A DNA stretch of 32,000 nt from a cyanobacterium endosymbiont of Braarudosphaera bigelowii (GTDB lineage Bacteria > Cyanobacteriota > Cyanobacteriia > Cyanobacteriales > Microcystaceae). Positions within the stretch are counted from its first letter, which is position 1, and each line of letters begins with the position of its first letter. A model generated the notes under the pieces. That model was not told the DNA's origin. It saw nothing but the letters and a program-made list of their open reading frames with translations, and did not search any database. Shown here in pieces: positions 26,103-32,000 of the stretch. The stretch covers positions 1-32,000 of the forward strand of contig NZ_AP024987.1 in NCBI RefSeq assembly GCF_020885515.1, written 5' to 3'. The translations under genes and the position numbers were made by a program.

Positions 26103-28277
26103 TTAATATTGTTTAAATCGTAAATAAGTTTCTTGATCATAGATACGTAAGTAATTCCAATAGTTACTAAATACTGATTTAACATACTCTTTAGTCTCTT
26201 GAAATGGAATTTCTTCCACGAAAAGATCAGGATCCCTAGTGTTATATTGTTTTACCCAATTTGATACATTGTTTGGTCCTGCGTTATAGCTTGCAACAGC
26301 CAATAAGGAATTATCATTATACTTTTTATGAGTATAGTTTAAATACCAAATTCCTAGAAAAATATTATCATTCAAATTTTCTAAATGGTAATGTTTAATA
26401 TTCACTTGGTTAGCTATCCATTCCCCGGTGATTGGCATTACTTGCATTATTCCTGTTGCTCCTACAGGTGATTTGCTACTATTATCAAATCGAGATTCTT
26501 GACGCATTATAGACATAATCAATAAAGGATTTAATGTATAGTGCTTGGACCAGAGAATTATAGATTTATAAAAATGAAGTGGAAATAAAGCTCGCCAATA
26601 TTGATCTTTTTTTCGAAGATTTTGCCATTCTTGTTTTTCAAGAAAACTATTCTTATTTTGAAGATTCCATATCTGATTAATAGATTGAAGATTTTTCCCG
26701 TAGGTTAGTTTTAGTAAAGCATCAGTAAATCCTTGCTTAGTATTAAGATTATAACTTTGATTGATTTCTGTTTTGAAGAGCAGTAATGCGTCATTATCTT
26801 GTCCTAAACGGTATAGAGTTTTAAATATTTCAGATCCAGAGGGGGGAATTGGCCGTGAAATAGGTTGACTAACTACAGGAAATATTTGACGTAAGTTATT
26901 AAAATCTCCTACATTCCATCCTAATTGAATTGCAGAACGCCAAGCGTAATAAGAGTGAGGGTAATTTTTAATTACACTTTGGAATACCAGTCTAGACTGT
27001 TGAAAATTACCTAATTGCTTTTCCCATTTACCTAGCCAAAATCCAGCTTTTGGGGCCATCGAACTATCTACATTGTCAATAAAAATCGATTTTGCCCATG
27101 CCTTAGCTTTTATAACGTTCTTTGCATTAACGGCTTCTTTAACAATTTTCCAGCGATATATAGCTGCCAACTTATGATGGGGATATTTAAAAATTAACAA
27201 CTGATAAATTTTTTCTGCTTCATCAGTGTGGTTTAACTTTTGCAATAGATTTGCTTTGTATGAAAGGATTTCTGGAGTATATACAGTAGACTTTGCAATA
27301 ATTTTATCAAGATAATCAAGAGCAATTTCAGGAGGTAACAATACTACTAATCTTTTTAGTGAAAGTAATGCCTCCAAAGAATCAGGAAAATTTAAGAGTA
27401 CTTTCTTATAAGTTTCCAGTATTTTCTCAGGACTTTTTTCATTAAATTCTAGCTCCTGGCTTCTAGCAAAGCGATAAAGATTGTGGGAATTCTTTTTAGT
27501 TTTCAAATATGCAAAAGAAGCTTTATCGTATTCTTGAGTTTCCCAGTAGCCATTTGCAATAGATTCCCAGTCTTTGGGGAGTAAATGTCTTGTGTAGTTA
27601 TTAACTAGATAATTACGAATAGTATTGGCTTTCTTATCATATATGGCATATCTTGCTAGAGATATTAGTAATTCAAATTGTTTAGGATTTTCTTCCAATC
27701 TCTTATAAATTAATTCTTGAATTTTAGGATATTGAGGAAACTTAATAATTCCTGTATCCCAATATTTAGATTCATATTTTCCTAATTGATAATGGGCTTC
27801 TGCTGATATAAAAGATACGGGATATCTTTTAATTAGTGTTTTCCAAATTTTTTGAGCCTGTGTAAGGTTGTTGGTTAACTCATAGCCTCGAGCCCTTTTT
27901 AACAAGATATAAGGCATCAAAATAGGATATTCATTTTCTAGATTTTTTAATTGCCTTAAAGCAAGACCTCCTTCGTATCGCGCAAGTAAATCAATAGATA
28001 ACAGATAGCGTGCACGTGCTCTTTCGATAGATTGCTTTTTTTGAGAAGCAATTTCTTTAAGAATATCTTTTCTTTGCTTTGCAGGAACTTCTGCTAGGGT
28101 TAGGACAATAGATTTTTTTTCAAGATCTTGTTGAAAAAGTAATTCAATATTATTATATTTCTTCTTCTCTACCCATTTTTTAAGTATAGGAAGTAAAAAA
28201 AAAGTATTAGTCAATCCGACTAATATTATGCTGAAAATAATAACTGATTGATACTTATTTTTTAGTTTATTGAACAT
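26103..28277 (-). CDS. slt: Soluble lytic murein transglycosylase (Slt70-like: N-terminal anchor, superhelical/TPR-like repeat region, C-terminal SLT domain)
   Basis: 724 aa. The C-terminal SLT/GEWL domain has the catalytic Glu (LIMSIMRQESRFD), GATGIMQVMPITG and AVASYNAGPNNV. The upstream about 550 aa are helical-repeat sequence. Confidence 0.9.
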   Translation of the reverse strand: MFNKLKNKYQSVIIFSIILVGLTNTFFLLPILKKWVEKKKYNNIELLFQQDLEKKSIVLTLAEVPAKQRKDILKEIASQKKQSIERARARYLLSIDLLARYEGGLALRQLKNLENEYPILMPYILLKRARGYELTNNLTQAQKIWKTLIKRYPVSFISAEAHYQLGKYESKYWDTGIIKFPQYPKIQELIYKRLEENPKQFELLISLARYAIYDKKANTIRNYLVNNYTRHLLPKDWESIANGYWETQEYDKASFAYLKTKKNSHNLYRFARSQELEFNEKSPEKILETYKKVLLNFPDSLEALLSLKRLVVLLPPEIALDYLDKIIAKSTVYTPEILSYKANLLQKLNHTDEAEKIYQLLIFKYPHHKLAAIYRWKIVKEAVNAKNVIKAKAWAKSIFIDNVDSSMAPKAGFWLGKWEKQLGNFQQSRLVFQSVIKNYPHSYYAWRSAIQLGWNVGDFNNLRQIFPVVSQPISRPIPPSGSEIFKTLYRLGQDNDALLLFKTEINQSYNLNTKQGFTDALLKLTYGKNLQSINQIWNLQNKNSFLEKQEWQNLRKKDQYWRALFPLHFYKSIILWSKHYTLNPLLIMSIMRQESRFDNSSKSPVGATGIMQVMPITGEWIANQVNIKHYHLENLNDNIFLGIWYLNYTHKKYNDNSLLAVASYNAGPNNVSNWVKQYNTRDPDLFVEEIPFQETKEYVKSVFSNYWNYLRIYDQETYLRFKQY

Positions 28278-28495
28278 TCCAATTTTATAAATAGTATTGA
28301 AAATTTTTTACTATGTTCTACGACTTATTTAAGTAATCTTAACTACTATCTTAATTAACTGATACTCGCAAACAAGTCAATATTAACTTTTTTGTAAATA
28401 TATAAGAACTTGAAATGTTATCGTATCTTAATTATAAAAATATAAGTACTTTTTTAAAAAAGTATGAAAATGAAAATTAAACACACTAGGATGTC

Positions 28496-28540
28496 TTTGT
28501 TCTTTATGACTAAAAAAATATTTTAGTCATAAAGAACAAA
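28496..28540. repeat. Perfect 20-bp inverted repeat (TTTGTTCTTTATGACTAAAA / TTTTAGTCATAAAGAACAAA) with 5-nt loop in the slt / porin divergent intergenic region
   Basis: All 20 pairs verified (i pairs with 57036-i). Fails at 28495/28541 and 28516/28520. There is no upstream gene on either strand for it to terminate. Confidence 0.7.
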
Positions 28541-28909
28541 ATATTATATCTTTAATAAATTATATATTTTAACCAATATATAATTGCATTTTATTCACAT
28601 GTATGTTGTGAGTAAACTCTAGAAAAAATATATAAGCGACTATAAAGTATATATAAGCCATTAAGAAAATCTACTATTTACCATACTTAATGGCATTTTT
28701 ACTATACAATAAGCACCAAATTTAAGATAAGTATGCAGCTAATATTAGCCTTGATAAATTATAAAAGCAACTTTGTTTAAACATTGGCTCTAATTATTAA
28801 GAACGTTGTAAGATTTTTTGAAGAAGTCTATCATACACAAGTGGGTACTTTTAAGTTTAAGTATTCACTGAGTTAAATTACTCATTTTCTAGGTGTGAGG
28901 ATTGTATAT

Positions 28910-30706
28910 ATGTTAAATTTATTGACTAAATCTTTTAAGACTATTCCAGTAACTTTAGGAATTTTTCTTTTGGTTACATCAGGGGTAACAGCTACAACTA
29001 ACGAATTTAAAACTCAAAAAACAAAAATAAATACTGTTTCTTCTGAAGAAGCATTAGGCGTATTGAAAAATCGTCCACAACTTAAGATACCTGTCAGCCA
29101 GGATAACATAAAACAATTTAGAGATACGACTTTTAACAATCATATGTCTCAGGTAACTAGTATATCTGAGCTACAAGACGTTTCGCCTACGGATTGGGCA
29201 TATGAAGCGCTTAGAAGCCTTGTTGAACGCTATGGTTGTATAGTAGGCTATCCTGATCGCACTTTTAGAGGTAACCATTCTACCTCTCGAAATGAATTTG
29301 CAGCCGGTTTAAATTCTTGTCTAAATACTATCGAAAGATTATTGCAAGAAAATGTAGCTGTTTTAAGAGAGGATATTGAGAAATTAAAACGTTTATCTCA
29401 AGAATTTGAACAAGAATTAATTGCTTTAGGAGCAAGAATTAGTAACCTTGAAGCAAGAGCTGCTTTTCTTGAAGACCACCAATTCTCAACTACTACAAAA
29501 TTAAAAGGCGAAGTTTTATTTACCCTTTCTTCAGCTGCAGGAGAAAGAGCACTAGATTTTCGCGAACAAGATTTATTAAACCAAGGTGCACTACCTGCCG
29601 AACGCCGCCGTATTGATGATAATGCTACTTTTGGATATAGAACAAGGTTATTCTTAAGTACTTCTTTTTCGGGGAAGGATCTATTAAGAACTCGTATTCA
29701 GGCTGGTAGTCTTCCAAACCTTAAAGAGTTTACAGGAACTGAAATGACTCGTTTAAGTCATGACGCTCAACAAAACGGTAATGCGGTTGTTAATAAGTTG
29801 TACTATCGTTTTCCTGCTGGCAATTTTACGACTTGGGTTGGTGCAGAAAATTTAGAAATAAATGATATTTTTGATGAAGGTAATCCTTTTTTAAAAAGTT
29901 CTGGTACAGGTGCATTGTCAAGATTTATCCGTCGTGATCCTTTAACAATGAGAGGACCAGAAGGAATTGGTGGCGGTTTTGCATACAAAATTAATGATAT
30001 GTTCACACTTAGAGGTCTTTATTTGTCCAAAGATGGTAATAAACCTTCTCTTGGCAACGGTTTGTTTAATGGTAATTTTACTGCTGGGAGCCAATTAGCC
30101 TTTAAGCCAATAGATTCAGTTTCATTCAATTTTCATTTCCTTCATTCTTATTTTAAGTCTAATGATGTTAACATCAGTTCCTCTACAGGAAGTTATGTTG
30201 AAAATCATTTTCGCTCTAAGTCTGTTAAAAATAAAATAGGACGAGGTATTGGTAGAGATCCCTTTTTAGGTGCTCCAACTATTAGAGATAGTTATGGAGC
30301 AAATGGTAATTGGCGCATTAATAACACATTTAACCTAACAGCCTGGGTTGGATATTCTCTGGCAAGAGCTCAAGGGCACGACTCATCACGAGTTAGTCGT
30401 CGTGGATTTGGAGCAGATTACTGGTCATGGATGACTGCTCTTTCTGCAGTAGATTTCTTTAAAGATGGAGCTGTATTATCAGTAGCAGGTGGTGCTTTAC
30501 CTAACTCTCGGCGGATTGATGCTATTCCAGGAGACTTGACTATTCCAGATCAAGATACTCCTTACATAATTGAAGCTCAGTATAAATATCCAGTCAATGA
30601 CAATATCCTTTTAACCCCTGGATTTTACGTAATATTACAACCAGATGGCAACAACTTAAACAATAGCATTTGGGTTGGAGCTTTACGAACTAGCTTTCAA
30701 TTTTGA
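28910..30706 (+). CDS. Outer-membrane porin, SLH domain + coiled coil + OprB-type beta-barrel (cyanobacterial major porin family)
   Basis: Signal peptide. SLH motif VSPTDWAYEALRSLVERYGCIVGYPDRTFRGNHSTSRNEFAAGL. Coiled coil LREDIEKLKRLSQEFEQELIALGARISNLEARAAFLE. Beta-barrel ending in the aromatic terminus LRTSFQF. GAGG lies 9 nt before the ATG at 28910 (the ORF opens at GTG 28895). Confidence 0.88.
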   Translation: MLNLLTKSFKTIPVTLGIFLLVTSGVTATTNEFKTQKTKINTVSSEEALGVLKNRPQLKIPVSQDNIKQFRDTTFNNHMSQVTSISELQDVSPTDWAYEALRSLVERYGCIVGYPDRTFRGNHSTSRNEFAAGLNSCLNTIERLLQENVAVLREDIEKLKRLSQEFEQELIALGARISNLEARAAFLEDHQFSTTTKLKGEVLFTLSSAAGERALDFREQDLLNQGALPAERRRIDDNATFGYRTRLFLSTSFSGKDLLRTRIQAGSLPNLKEFTGTEMTRLSHDAQQNGNAVVNKLYYRFPAGNFTTWVGAENLEINDIFDEGNPFLKSSGTGALSRFIRRDPLTMRGPEGIGGGFAYKINDMFTLRGLYLSKDGNKPSLGNGLFNGNFTAGSQLAFKPIDSVSFNFHFLHSYFKSNDVNISSSTGSYVENHFRSKSVKNKIGRGIGRDPFLGAPTIRDSYGANGNWRINNTFNLTAWVGYSLARAQGHDSSRVSRRGFGADYWSWMTALSAVDFFKDGAVLSVAGGALPNSRRIDAIPGDLTIPDQDTPYIIEAQYKYPVNDNILLTPGFYVILQPDGNNLNNSIWVGALRTSFQF

Positions 30707-30835
30707 TTAGAAAAATTATAGGGGAAAATAATACTTGTCTCTGATTCTATCGAGTATATTTTAAGTATTCTGGACTAAATTTGTTAGTTGGCTTATTGTT
30801 ACTTTAAAAACTACTTTATCTCATAAAGTATAGAT

Positions 30836-30884
30836 AAAATAATGGAACGTAATTTAGTAAATTAGCAGTTCCATTATTTTTTTT
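30836..30884 (+). terminator. Rho-independent terminator of the porin gene (13-bp stem AAAATAATGGAAC / GTTCCATTATTTT, 19-nt loop, T-run)
   Basis: 30836-30848 pairs with 30868-30880, verified. Followed by TTTT (30881-30884). 130 nt after the stop. Confidence 0.6.
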
Positions 30885-31138
30885 ATCGAAATTACTGAAA
30901 AAAATTTTCAAACGAAGACGTTAGTCGTTAAATTTTTCTTATAGTTTTCTAAAATAATTAGTTAAATTTTCTATATATTTGTTTTAAGTATAAAATTTGC
31001 TAGTCAATTTTCCATGAGAAACGTTAACATAAATTAACAAGCATTCTTATTAAGGATTTCCTACGTCATAGACGTTATTATCTGCTTAAGTTTTTATTCC
31101 TGATATATTTTACTTAATTCTATCTTCACCCTATTTGA

Positions 31139-32000
<862 letters not shown>

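Noticed and set aside
28464-28526. 20-codon mini-ORF running into the 28496-28540 hairpin (possible leader peptide)
   Set aside because: It has no SD, and short ORFs of this size are expected by chance in this composition. It is mentioned under the hairpin finding only as a hypothesis.
29803-30006. 67-aa minus-strand ORF inside the porin gene
   Set aside because: It is an antisense shadow of the OprB-type barrel region.

Overview
Strongly AT-rich cyanobacterial chromosomal segment. Cyanobacterial hallmarks are petB-petD, a CurT/CAAD protein, an SLH-OprB porin, a type II RRM protein, and DUF2808/DUF2499/DUF3593-like ORFs. I can support 25 protein-coding genes, one of them dubious, plus 3 tRNAs. 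They are obg, a 1985-aa TamB/DUF490 protein, a grxC-gshB-DUF2499-DUF3593 cluster, a tandem two-domain PTPS/T-fold protein, curT, petB, petD, a cobA/hemD fusion, queD, tRNA-Asp(GUC), tRNA-Ala(CGC), a CNNM/CorC-type CBS transporter, a CAU-anticodon tRNA, rpiA, an RRM protein, hemC, ybaB/ebfC, an Slt70-like lytic transglycosylase, an SLH-OprB porin, the 5' part of ftsH (runs off the window), and a few small hypothetical membrane proteins. Everything recognisable is core housekeeping: photosynthetic electron transport, tetrapyrrole and pterin metabolism, envelope biogenesis and translation. I see no transposase, integrase, CRISPR array, toxin-antitoxin pair, restriction or defence gene, or compositional island. 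I do not find a convincing novel multi-gene system, and this looks like an ordinary core region. By my own coordinates only about three quarters of the window is coding (about 24.0 kb CDS plus 0.22 kb tRNA). There are many 0.3-1.35 kb gene-free AT-rich spacers, and the proteins are N/I/K-rich. That pattern fits a genome under reductive, AT-biased evolution, possibly a symbiotic unicellular cyanobacterium, but this is a guess and not demonstrated. The observations most worth a second look follow. (1) The tandem PTPS fusion keeps the zinc ligands in its N-terminal half but has lost the catalytic Cys and Asp-His there. (2) The cobA/hemD fusion has a degenerate first methylase motif, VGSGVFN instead of VGAGPGD. 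(3) The 1.35-kb and about 1-kb spacers may hold decayed genes or unannotated RNAs. (4) There are long perfect hairpins, including one orphan in a divergent promoter region. (5) grxC-gshB is tightly coupled to two membrane proteins of unknown function.
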